A stretch of 64,000 nucleotides of DNA from an uncultured Spirochaetota bacterium (GTDB taxonomy: Bacteria > Spirochaetota > Spirochaetia > SZUA-6 > Fen-1364), in the NCBI GenBank assembly GCA_963820525.1, contig CAWGAA010000001.1, forward strand, positions 1,216,001 to 1,280,000, read 5' to 3'. Every line of letters starts with the position of its first letter. The stretch's first letter is position 1. The translations under genes and the position numbers were made by a program. Under the pieces are notes generated by a model, which was given only the letters and a program-made list of their open reading frames with translations, was not told the DNA's origin and searched no databases. Below are positions 47,442-56,488 of the stretch, piece after piece.

Positions 47442-48955
47442 TGAGCAGGCGATTCAAGACGGGCGCAGCCGGCCTGGTCATCGGCCTCGATGCCTCGACC
47501 ACGGGCGCCAAAGCGCTCGCCCTCGACCGGGACGGCCGGGTCGTCGCCCAGGCAACGCACCCCATTCCTCTCTCCTCCCCGCGGCCGAATCTCTACGAGC
47601 AGGACCCGGCGGACTGGTGGAAGGCGGCGCGCCTGACGCTCGGATCGGTGGCGCGCGCGGTCGGGGCGGAGCGCATCTCCGCCCTGGCGGTCTCGAACCA
47701 GCGGGAGACCTTCGTGCCCTTGGGACCGAACGGCCGGCCGCTCCGGCCCGCCATCATCTGGCTCGACGAGCGCTGCAAGGGCGAGGTCGAGCCCTTTTCC
47801 CGAAAAATCGGCAAGAGGAAAATCCTCGCGATCACGGGCAAGCCGGCGGACTACGCGCCGGTGGTCTACCGCCTCGCCTGGATGAAGCGCCACGAGCCGA
47901 GGCTCTTCGAGCGGACAGGCATGTTCTGCGACGTGCATGCATACCTTTCCGGGAAACTCACGGGCGGGTTCAGAACGAGCTGGGCAAGCGCCGATCCGCT
48001 CGGCCTCTTCGACCTCAGGAGCAAACGATGGTCCCCGGTCATTTTGAAGGCGCTCGGGCTCTCGCCAAACCGGCTGCCCGAAGCCCTCCGCCCGGGCGCG
48101 GTGCTCGGCGAAATAACCCCGGCGGCGGCGCGTGAGTGCGGCCTTGCGGCCGGCACGTCCGTGGTTGCCGGCGGAGGCGACGGCCAGGCGGCGGGCCTGG
48201 GCGTGAACGCGCTCTGCGGCGCGCGAGCCTACCTCAACCTGGGCACCGCGGTGGTGGCCGGCGTGTTCGGCGACGCCTGCCGGACGAGCACCGCCTTCCG
48301 CACGCTCATCGCCTGCGCCGACTCGGGTTTCTACTACGAATGCAGCCTGCGCTCCGGCTCCTTCGCGATTGACTGGCTCGTGAAAAACGTCCTCGGCCTC
48401 GACCCTAAAACAGACCCCGGCGTCTACAGCCGCCTGGAAGAAGGAGCGCGCCGGCTCGGGCCCGGCAGCGACGGCCTCTTCCACCTCCCGTACCTCTGCG
48501 GCGTCATGAACCCCTATTGGGACATGGACGCCCGCGGCGCCTTCACCGGCCTCTCCTCCTCGCACGGCCGATATCACCTCTACCGCGCGGTTCTCGAAGG
48601 CATCGCCTTTGAGCAGGCGCTCGCCTTGAGTGCCGTGGAGGGGGCCGTGGGCGAACCGGTGCGCGAGCTCGTCGCCATCGGCGGGGGGGCTTCGAACGCG
48701 CTCTGGCTCCGGATCCTGGCCGACGTGACCGGCAAATCCATCTGCCTTCCGGCCAACACCGAGGCGTCGGCCCTGGGCGCCGGGATCGCGGCCGCAGTGG
48801 GCGCGGGTTGGTTCGGGAGCTTTGCCGAAGCCGCCGCCGCCATGACCGTGGTGAAAAAAATCATCGAGCCGGATCCGAAGAACCGCAAGGTGTACCGGGA
48901 GCTTTTCGAAAAGTATCGACTGATTTATCCGAGTCTCAAAGGCGATAAAGGATAA
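47438..48955 (+). CDS. FGGY family carbohydrate kinase (xylulokinase-like)
   Basis: IGLDASTT, NQRET, WLDER, GGGDG, LGT, GGGA. Confidence 0.92.
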   Translation: MMSRRFKTGAAGLVIGLDASTTGAKALALDRDGRVVAQATHPIPLSSPRPNLYEQDPADWWKAARLTLGSVARAVGAERISALAVSNQRETFVPLGPNGRPLRPAIIWLDERCKGEVEPFSRKIGKRKILAITGKPADYAPVVYRLAWMKRHEPRLFERTGMFCDVHAYLSGKLTGGFRTSWASADPLGLFDLRSKRWSPVILKALGLSPNRLPEALRPGAVLGEITPAAARECGLAAGTSVVAGGGDGQAAGLGVNALCGARAYLNLGTAVVAGVFGDACRTSTAFRTLIACADSGFYYECSLRSGSFAIDWLVKNVLGLDPKTDPGVYSRLEEGARRLGPGSDGLFHLPYLCGVMNPYWDMDARGAFTGLSSSHGRYHLYRAVLEGIAFEQALALSAVEGAVGEPVRELVAIGGGASNALWLRILADVTGKSICLPANTEASALGAGIAAAVGAGWFGSFAEAAAAMTVVKKIIEPDPKNRKVYRELFEKYRLIYPSLKGDKG

Positions 48956-49090
48956 CCGGTCCTCCTTCTCCCGCTCTACACCTCTTCACGTCGATGGGGA
49001 AGGCCCGCCGCCAGCCGCTCCGGGTCAGTTGAAGCTCAGATTCCGCATCACACCGAATGAGCGCCCGCCGCCAACTTCGCGCGAGTCTTC

Positions 49091-49861
49091 CTATCTCCGC
49101 ACCATTCGAATGAAGTCGAATGAGACACCTTCAAGCGTAAAGCAGCACGCCTTCTCTCCCTTCCGCTCGATGATAGAGAGGGTTTGCTCGTGGCGGTACC
49201 CGACCGGTACGACCATCCTCCCCTCCGCGGCTGACAGCTGGGCGGTCAGGTGCCAGATATTCGACAGGTGTGGGACCGAAGCGGCCACGATGATGCCGTC
49301 GAAGGGGCATTTCTCGACGAGTCCTTCCTGGCCGTTGCCCGCGAAAAGCTCGATGCGTCCCCGGTGAGGGAAGTGCCTCCGGATCGAGAGATACCGTCTC
49401 ACGCATTCCCTTTTGTTTTGCGCTCTCTTCAGCCTTTTATCGACCTTGTATCCGAGCCGCACGAGGATTCCGTTCGCGACATCCGCAACCGACCGGTCGA
49501 TCTCGATTGTGCATACGTTCACACTCATCTCCGCCAGGACTGCAGCCTGGTAGCCCGTGCCGGTTCCCATCTCGAGCAGCCTGTCGCCCTTGGATACTCC
49601 GGCGAGGGAAATCATCTGCGCGACGACGGAGGGAGCGGAAGTGGTCAATCCTCGGCAGGTTGGCAGGGCGTTATCCGTGTACGCAAGGGCTTTGTAGCCC
49701 TCATTGACGAACAGGTGTCTGGGGACGTTTCTTATGGCGGAAAGGATGGCGGGGTTTCTGTAGCTGTCCGGAAAGTTCTGCACGATCCGTTCTTCGAGAA
49801 GAGAGACATTCTCCCGGAAAAACCCGTACTCATCTTCGGAAAAGACGAACTCCCAGGACAT
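49091..49861 (-). CDS. pcm: Protein-L-isoaspartate O-methyltransferase
   Basis: VPRHLFV..AY.D, SAP, LEMGTGTGYQAA, PFDGIIV, GRMVVPVG. Confidence 0.88.
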   Translation of the reverse strand: MSWEFVFSEDEYGFFRENVSLLEERIVQNFPDSYRNPAILSAIRNVPRHLFVNEGYKALAYTDNALPTCRGLTTSAPSVVAQMISLAGVSKGDRLLEMGTGTGYQAAVLAEMSVNVCTIEIDRSVADVANGILVRLGYKVDKRLKRAQNKRECVRRYLSIRRHFPHRGRIELFAGNGQEGLVEKCPFDGIIVAASVPHLSNIWHLTAQLSAAEGRMVVPVGYRHEQTLSIIERKGEKACCFTLEGVSFDFIRMVRR

Positions 49862-49891
49862 TGCCGCCGGCTCCCGCCGCTTGATCGATTG

Positions 49892-50413
49892 TCATGCGTC
49901 ACGCCCGTCCCTGAGGATCACAGGCAAGAGAGCGGCCGCGAGACTTTCCCGATTGCCGGGATCCAATTCGAAGAGCGAAATATCCGGCCTCCGCTTGACG
50001 CGCTCGATGAATCCGGTGCCGCGGCGTGCGATCGTCGCGATGCATATCCTTTGCGAATCGAGGATTGCCGTGACGAGCCGCTGGAACTCCTTTGAAAGGC
50101 ATTCCATTTTCCCGATCTCGTCGATGACGACGTACTTCGTGGCCTGGTCCAGGAAGGGAAGGGAACCCAGGAATCGCTCGAATCCTTCCACGTCCACGCC
50201 GTACTTGCCGACTCGGAAAGAGCCGTGGATGTCGACGTGGGACAGCAATCCCGTCCTTCCGTCCAAGCTCACAAGCGTGAATCCCGTGCGCGCGCCTCCA
50301 TCGCGGATCTCTTCGGTGGTGAAACCTACGGGGTGAAAGGGTTGCAGCGTTCGGACGATTTCTCGGATAACAGTGGTTTTACCTATCCCCGGCATGCCCG
50401 TGATGAGATACAT
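49892..50413 (-). CDS. THEP1-type nucleoside triphosphatase
   Basis: GMPGIGKTT, GFTTEEIR, VGKYGV, VIDEIGKME. Confidence 0.9.
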   Translation of the reverse strand: MYLITGMPGIGKTTVIREIVRTLQPFHPVGFTTEEIRDGGARTGFTLVSLDGRTGLLSHVDIHGSFRVGKYGVDVEGFERFLGSLPFLDQATKYVVIDEIGKMECLSKEFQRLVTAILDSQRICIATIARRGTGFIERVKRRPDISLFELDPGNRESLAAALLPVILRDGRDA

Positions 50414-50506
50414 GCTTCCGCTCCAGTCTCACCGTTGTCGATTCTTTCGTCAAGACGATTGGCAGCAGGACTGTGTTATAATCAGTGGCGGAATGCACAG
50501 GGGGAA

Positions 50507-51127
50507 ATGATCTCTTCGAACGGAAAACAGGTCATACAACTTCCTCCGCCTCAAAGGGAGAGTCCAACATCGATCGAGGAGGCTCTCCTCAGGAGAAGAT
50601 CGATTCGGGAGTATCGGCAGGAGACCCTGTCGCTCAAGGAGCTCGCACAGCTGCTTTGGGCGGCACAGGGAGTGACGGACCCGGGAGGGTACAGGACAGC
50701 GCCTTCGGCGGGAGCGCTCTTTCCTATCGAGCTCTTCGTCGCAGCCGGAAACGTGAACGAAGTTCCCGCGGGCGTCTACAAATACGTGCCTGACAGGCAT
50801 TGGCTCGTCATGGGACTCCACGGTGACAGGAGAAACAGCATTTATACGGCGGCGTTGATGCAGGACCCTATCAGGAGAGCCGAGGCTGTTCTCGTTTTCG
50901 CCGTCGTCTACGAGCGGACAACGAGGAAATACGGCGAGAGGGGGATACGGTACGCGCAGATCGATGTGGGTCACGCGGCGCAGAATGTCTACCTGCAGTG
51001 CGTCTCCCTGAACCTGGGGACGGTTGCCATCGGGGCCTTTTTCGATGTGGGGGTGAAAAAGGCCATTGGGGCGAAAGATGATGAAGTTCCCCTCTACATT
51101 ATGCCTATCGGGAGAGGGAGTCTCTGA
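50507..51127 (+). CDS. SagB/ThcOx-type nitroreductase family protein
   Basis: RRRSIREY, LLWAAQG, RTAPSAGALFP, GHAAQNVYL, IGAF. Confidence 0.9.
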   Translation: MISSNGKQVIQLPPPQRESPTSIEEALLRRRSIREYRQETLSLKELAQLLWAAQGVTDPGGYRTAPSAGALFPIELFVAAGNVNEVPAGVYKYVPDRHWLVMGLHGDRRNSIYTAALMQDPIRRAEAVLVFAVVYERTTRKYGERGIRYAQIDVGHAAQNVYLQCVSLNLGTVAIGAFFDVGVKKAIGAKDDEVPLYIMPIGRGSL

Positions 51128-51142
51128 TTCCGGGAGGATACC

Positions 51143-51346
51143 ATGGCTGTTCAGATCTGCAAGTACTGTGCGAAAAGAATATCGGGCAAAATCCCCGGTT
51201 TCTGCTCGAGAAGCCCAAACAAGAACCACGAGCTCATCATCGAACAGGCCCAATACATCTGCAAGTATTGCGGCAAGAAGTCGACAGAACCGTTTGCAGG
51301 TCCCTGCAAGGCAAGTCCCCACAAGAACCATGAGATGGTCGGATGA
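51143..51346 (+). CDS. 67-aa protein with two CxxC..C..H repeats
   Basis: RBS GGAGG; repeats CKYC..CSRSPNKNHE and CKYC..CKASPHKNHE. Confidence 0.75.
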   Translation: MAVQICKYCAKRISGKIPGFCSRSPNKNHELIIEQAQYICKYCGKKSTEPFAGPCKASPHKNHEMVG

Positions 51347-51359
51347 TGCGGATCGAAGG

Positions 51360-51716
51360 CGGGGCTGCCGTGCGGCCTGTGCGCGAACGAGTGCCGCATG
51401 GATCCGGAACAACGGGGCTACTGCGGATTGATCACCCATGCGCTTCATGCCTCCCTCATCGCTCTCGAGGATGCCGGGGGGAGGATCCTGCGGATCTGCT
51501 GGGAGACCAACGGATCGATGGCCCCTGACCTGCTCGAGCAGGCGGCACTCCTGTCTCTTGGCTCCGGAGGCTGCATCAAGTTCGATCTAAAGGCCTGGAG
51601 CGAGGAGCTCAGCGTTGCCCTGTGCGGCGCGAGTAACAGGAGGACCCTCGAGAGCTTACGCTTCCTCGCCGGCCTTGCCGCGCGAAGACCTGATCCTCCA
51701 TTCCTTGTCGTGAGCC
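51360..51716 (+). pseudogene. Internally deleted radical SAM (PflA/AmrS-like) gene
   Basis: CGLCANEC..RGYCGL joined directly to RICWETNG..IKFDLKA..LCG.SN; the CxxxCxxC motif and C-terminus are missing. Confidence 0.7.
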
Positions 51717-51868
51717 CCGTGCGCTCCTCAGCGCATACTTGTCCAGGCGTGCCTGCTCCAATGTCCTCGGCTACAGGGCCCAAGCCGTGCCCCATGCTCT
51801 CGCGATTTGCCCATTGACGCCTTGATCAGCCCGGATATCATTGCGGTGAAAGATAACGGAGGAGAAAA

Positions 51869-52267
51869 ATGGCAAAGGCGAAGAAGGTGAAACAGTTGAG
51901 CCTTTTCCTTCCTGACAGGGTGGGTTTGCTCGCCGAGGTGAGCGCTCTGATCGCGAAAGCCAAGGTGAACATCAGCGCCATCTGCGCATACCAGTCCGAA
52001 GACAAAGCCCAGTTCCTGATCGTCGCCGAAAGCAACGCGAAGGCGAAAAAGGCGCTTGCCGCTCTCGGAGTCGAAGTCAAGGAAGAGGACGTGGTGTGCG
52101 TCGAGATGCCCAACAAGGCCGGCGAGCTTGCGAGAGTGGCGGGCAAGCTGGCTGACGCCGGCGTCAACATCAACTTCTCCTGGGCTACCGCCTTCGTGGG
52201 AAAGACATCCGCTTGGGTCATCAAGACATCGAACAACGCGAAGGCGATCACAGCGATTAACCGGTAG
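51869..52267 (+). CDS. Tandem ACT domain protein
   Basis: QLSLFLPDRVGLLAEV..VNI and EMPNKAGELARV..GVNI. Confidence 0.88.
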   Translation: MAKAKKVKQLSLFLPDRVGLLAEVSALIAKAKVNISAICAYQSEDKAQFLIVAESNAKAKKALAALGVEVKEEDVVCVEMPNKAGELARVAGKLADAGVNINFSWATAFVGKTSAWVIKTSNNAKAITAINR

Positions 52268-52353
52268 CGGCGGGTGCGGCACAACTTCCTTTTGTTTGAA
52301 GCTTCTCCCGATCGGCTCTGGCCCCGGGCGTCGGTACAGGCGGCGGAGCTTCG

Positions 52354-52545
52354 TCAGAGGAAACCGTGAACGCCGCGGAGCGGGCTTTCCTCCGTCAGAC
52401 TTTCGGGATTGTCGGGGTAGGCACCATAAGCAGTCGTGCTGCTTGCGACGATAAGCTTTTGCACACCGGCGCGCAAGGAGCATTCCAGGACGTTCTTGGT
52501 GCCGCGCACCTCGATATCGTGGGCGGCACGGAGATTTCGCACGGG
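52354..52545 (-). pseudogene. Internal fragment of an NAD-dependent epimerase/dehydratase
   Basis: VRGTKNVLE..GVQKLIVASSTTAYG..LTEESPL. Confidence 0.7.
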
Positions 52546-52955
52546 CGCTCCGGGCCTCCCAGTGAAGCGATCATCCGCATGGAAGGGATCGTTGTCATAT
52601 CGTATGAACCACGGGCCAGTTCCGCCACTTTCAGCGCGCTCTTCACATTCTCCGCCTCTGATAGCCGGCGTTGAAAGCTATAGCTGCTGTTCCCCACCCG
52701 CAACCACCCTAATGCACCTCGACGGCGTCAATATGTGGTTTCGCCCATGACATCCATTTCGCAGAGTACTCCGTACGGAACTTGGGAAGATCCACTTCAA
52801 CGCCGCCGCATTGGAAGCCGCTACCAAAGCCCTCACCATCGAGTGCTGGACCCTCGGGATCATCGTGGGCGGTGAGGATACTCGACGACGACGTGCTCAA
52901 TTTGTGGGAAACGCCGATTCTCTCCCGCACTCAACGTCAGGAAGCCATCCCGTCA

Positions 52956-53642
52956 TCAGTCCGAGCGGACGTGGATTCCCCGTCCGTCTATCACGTAGAG
53001 CTTTGCGCTGGTTGAGCCGTTATGGGGCTCCCGCGTTTCGAGGTACACGGGGCGGCCCCAGAGGGAGAAGATGTTCTCGAGGGTCTTGCGGCAGTACTCG
53101 TCGTCCAATGGAAGCCCCTCGTAGGCGTGGGAGAGGTAGAGCTGGATGCTGCCCTGGTAGTTGCCGTCCATCAACTGGACCCGCGGCACCCCCCAGTTCA
53201 TCATGCTCTGCACGAGGGTGCGTTTCACCTTCCTCCAATGCGTTTCCTCCACCACTGTTTTATAGTAGGTATCCTTGTCGTTCTCCACGTAGACGTAGAG
53301 CCCCAGCTTCTCGATGATCTCGCGGGTGAGAAACTCGTCGAGGAAGAACCAATCCATGTACGTCCTGCGGACGTCGAAGATCTTGCCCAGCCCCTGTCCG
53401 AGCCAGAGGTCCCAATTCTCCTTGGCCTGGAGGTTCCGCTCCCTCTCCCAATCCTGGCCGAAGCGCCCCTTGTTCCACCGGTCCTCGATGTCGCAGAACA
53501 TCGTGTAGCCCAGGAGATAGGGGTTGATCATCCGTGGATGATGAGCCTTGACGCGGGCGTTGTAGAGATTGTAGGCGCCGTGCTCCTCCGCGTCGAGGAA
53601 CTTGTCCGCAAAGAGCCTCTGCATGATCTTCTCGTGCCAGTA
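52956..53642 (-). pseudogene. C-terminal part of a SpoVR family protein, cut by the IS91 end
   Basis: YWHEKIM, INPYLLG..DIEDRW.KG, D..FL..FLT, P.V...DGNY..LYL.H..LWGRPV.LET. Confidence 0.8.
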
Positions 53643-54630
53643 AATGGTAGTAACGACTATAGCTCGCGACGGGAGCTTCGAGGAGGTCCAGACAGGAGTT
53701 TGGCCCCCCAGGACAGCAGGGCGGATGCACCTGACGGCGCAGGAAGCGCTGGCGCGATGCGTCGTGCAGGCAGGGCGGGGTGCAGAAGGCGATCGGAGTC
53801 TGCGCAAGGGTCAGTCGGCTGGCGTGAGGACAAGAATCTGGCGCGCGTGGGAACGAGGGGAGAAGATTCAACCCAGGGACGCGGCTTCAAGGCCCGGGGG
53901 AGCCGCGCCGGTCTTGATGAGGTGGCGGAGGATTCTGAGGATCTGCGGGGGATCGGTGATGACGGCCAGGACCCGCATCGGGGAACCACAACGGCGGCAG
54001 CGCAGCGGGCTCTCGCTGTTTGCTGCGCAAACAGCTGCCGCCTATGAGATCGACCTCGTAGATCTTTGCGAGCAGCCGAGCCCAGGCGGAGCGGGACTCC
54101 GTGGCGGACACGGACAGATTCGGCGTGTCCTGGGGGGCTGGGCCGAGGTGCAGAGCAGGCCGGGACTGGTGGTCCTTCTTCCAGCCGTCGGGAGCCAGGC
54201 GGAGGAGGTGGGGCTTGCGGGACCATGTGCCACGCGATCGCGAGGAATACAGGCCGTAGCGGCGAATGAACCTGGCCCCCGCGTCCGGAAGGTGTTGCAG
54301 GACCTCGACCAGGAACTCCGTCGCGGGGAACAGCTTGGAGTTTGTGCGGAAATAGGGATTGTACTCTGAGCGATACATGACGCTGCCAGCGTGTTCCTCC
54401 ACGAGCATCTTCTTCAGCGACACAGGCGGACGCGCTGTGTACTGCGCGAAGGCCTCCCGCGCCTTGGAGGAGGTGGCGGGGATCTTGACCGAGAGGTCCA
54501 CGCGGAACCCGCTGTGTGTCCAGTCCAGCATATTCCTAGCCAGCCGCTTGTTGAGCAGGGTATGTTTCAGGAAAAAGTCGACCATGCCGGCGCGGAAGTA
54601 CTGACTGAGCTTGGCCAGATCGAGGGAAGG
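53639..54630 (-). mobile_element. IS91-family (Y2 transposase) remnant, copy 2, 5' truncated
   Basis: W.HSGF.V, QYTARPP, RRYGLY, WARLLAKIYEVD, C..CG..MR; HUH N-terminus absent. Confidence 0.85.
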
Positions 54631-54920
54631 AAACGGATTTAATAGCAAAAAGTCGTCTCATATGGAGAACACTCTGAATGCGAAAGATGTCCAGGACCTT
54701 CTAGCAAAGAACATTCGGGCAGCCAGAAAGCGACTAGGCATCACCCAGAGCAGGCTCGCAAAGAAAGCCGACTTGTCAGTAGGTTACATGAACGATGTGG
54801 AACGTGCCCGCCGCTGGGTCGGTGCAGCAACTTTAGCCCGGCTTGCCAGCGTGCTTCATTTACAACCCTACCAGTTTTTTCTAGAAGATGGGGACGGGAA
54901 GATCGACATTCACAGGATGC

Positions 54921-56094
54921 TAGTGTGATGTCCCATAAATAACTTTACAGAAAGCGCCGTTTGTGCTACTCTCCCTGCCATACTATCCTAGAAGGGAGAA
55001 CGGTCTATGGCAGCGAGGAACGTGGCCAGACCCATCACTATGGACGCTGACACTCGTCAGCAAGTCGAAGCCTTCGCGCGATCCCGCAGTCTGCCCCATG
55101 CGCTGGTAGTTCGAGCGAAGGTCATCCTCATGGCCTGCGCGGGGATGAAGAGTATCGACATTGCCGCGAAGATTGGCCTCAGTCGTGTGAGCGTGGGCAA
55201 GTGGCGCACCCGGTTCGCTAAAGGCGGTTTGAACGGGTTGTATGAGGAGCTACGGCCCGGACGACCTCGACAAATTGAGGAAGAGCGGATTGCGGCTCTG
55301 ATCACCAAGACACTTCGTAGCACGCCACGGGGACAGACGCACTGGAGCTGTCGGACGATGTCGGAATCGGTCGGGTTGTCGAAATCCACGGTGCAACGAG
55401 TGTGGAACGCCTTTGGGGTCCAGCCGCACCGCCAGAGTCAGTTCAAGCTGTCCAACGATCCGTTTTTTGTGGAGAAGGTGCGGGATATCGTGGGGCTGTA
55501 CCTTCATCCTCCACAGCATGCGATGGTGTTGTGTGTTGACGAGAAGAGCCAGTGTCAGGCTTTGGAGCGGTCACAACCATCGCTTCCGCTAGGGCTGGGA
55601 TATGTGCAGGGTTACACGCACGATTACGTGCGCCATGGGACCACGACGTTGTTTGCGGCGCTAGATATCGCCAACGGGCAGGTATTGACGCAATGCCGGC
55701 CGCACCATCGGCATCAGGAGTTCCTCAGTTTTCTGCGGTTGATCGACCGCAATGTTCCCGAAGGACTTGAGGTCCATCTCGTTGTCGACAACTATAGCAG
55801 CCATAAGCATGCTGCGATCAAGGGTTGGCTTGCGCGTCACGAACGATTCCACTTTCATTTCACGCCCAATTACTCCTCATGGTTGAACCAGGTAGAGCGA
55901 TGGTTCTCCCTGATCACCCAGCGGGCTATTCGCCGGGGTTCATTCGGCAGCGTCAAGGAGCTGGTTGCAAAGATCGACGAGTTCGTGCAGGCCCACAACG
56001 AGGACTCCACGCCTTTCATCTGGCACGCCACCGCTGAGTCAATCCTGGAGAAACTGAGCCGGCTGTGCCAAGCTATTTCCGGGACAGGACACTA
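54921..56094 (+). mobile_element. IS630 family insertion sequence
   Basis: Ends TAGTGTGATGTCCC and GGGACAGGACACTA; duplicated TA within a CTAG target. Confidence 0.9.
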
Positions 56095-56095
56095 G
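55007..56095 (+). CDS. IS630 family transposase
   Basis: RPGRP, THWS, VDEKSQ, VVDNYSSH, SSWLNQVERWF. Confidence 0.95.
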   Translation: MAARNVARPITMDADTRQQVEAFARSRSLPHALVVRAKVILMACAGMKSIDIAAKIGLSRVSVGKWRTRFAKGGLNGLYEELRPGRPRQIEEERIAALITKTLRSTPRGQTHWSCRTMSESVGLSKSTVQRVWNAFGVQPHRQSQFKLSNDPFFVEKVRDIVGLYLHPPQHAMVLCVDEKSQCQALERSQPSLPLGLGYVQGYTHDYVRHGTTTLFAALDIANGQVLTQCRPHHRHQEFLSFLRLIDRNVPEGLEVHLVVDNYSSHKHAAIKGWLARHERFHFHFTPNYSSWLNQVERWFSLITQRAIRRGSFGSVKELVAKIDEFVQAHNEDSTPFIWHATAESILEKLSRLCQAISGTGH

Positions 56096-56488
56096 CTGAG
56101 ATTCTTGCCGAATTGCGAACCGCAATCGATTTGGGCATCGAGCGGATCATCATGGGGCACGCTGGCTTGAGGCATCGTAGTAAGAGAGATTCGGGGAGAT
56201 CTGCTCGATAGTGCATAGACTGCCTCTTATCATATGGACGCGAGGGCGACTGTCAAAGCAAAGCAAGGTCGGCTCAGGCATCGGTTTGGAGGGGTTCTCT
56301 TGCCCCAATTTCTAGATTATTCATCCTCTTTCCCTCTACATCAGGGTCGCGTTACGGGTGGCGTCGGGATGGGATCTTGCCCTGCGCCAACGGGACGTTT
56401 ATAGTAGGTTCTAGCGTTCAGGTGTCACCTCTCTGCTTTTTGACCGTGCTATTGGCACAGGCGAAATGTTACCCGTGGCGGAGGACAA

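Larger units (their letters stand above)
54662..56211 (+). pseudogene. XRE-family HTH regulator split by IS630
   Basis: NIRAARKRLGITQ..LA..LS..YMNDVERARRW; removing the IS rejoins HRML to AEILAELRTAI..RSAR*. Confidence 0.8.

Noticed and set aside
50507..51716. SagB + small Cys protein + radical SAM as a RiPP cluster
   Set aside because: No YcaO cyclodehydratase or transporter is present, the radical SAM is a deleted PflA-like relic, and the small protein looks like a folded metal-binding repeat.
52546..52950. Additional gene fragments between the epimerase and spoVR relics
   Set aside because: The sequence looks coding-like, but no family could be recognised in any frame.
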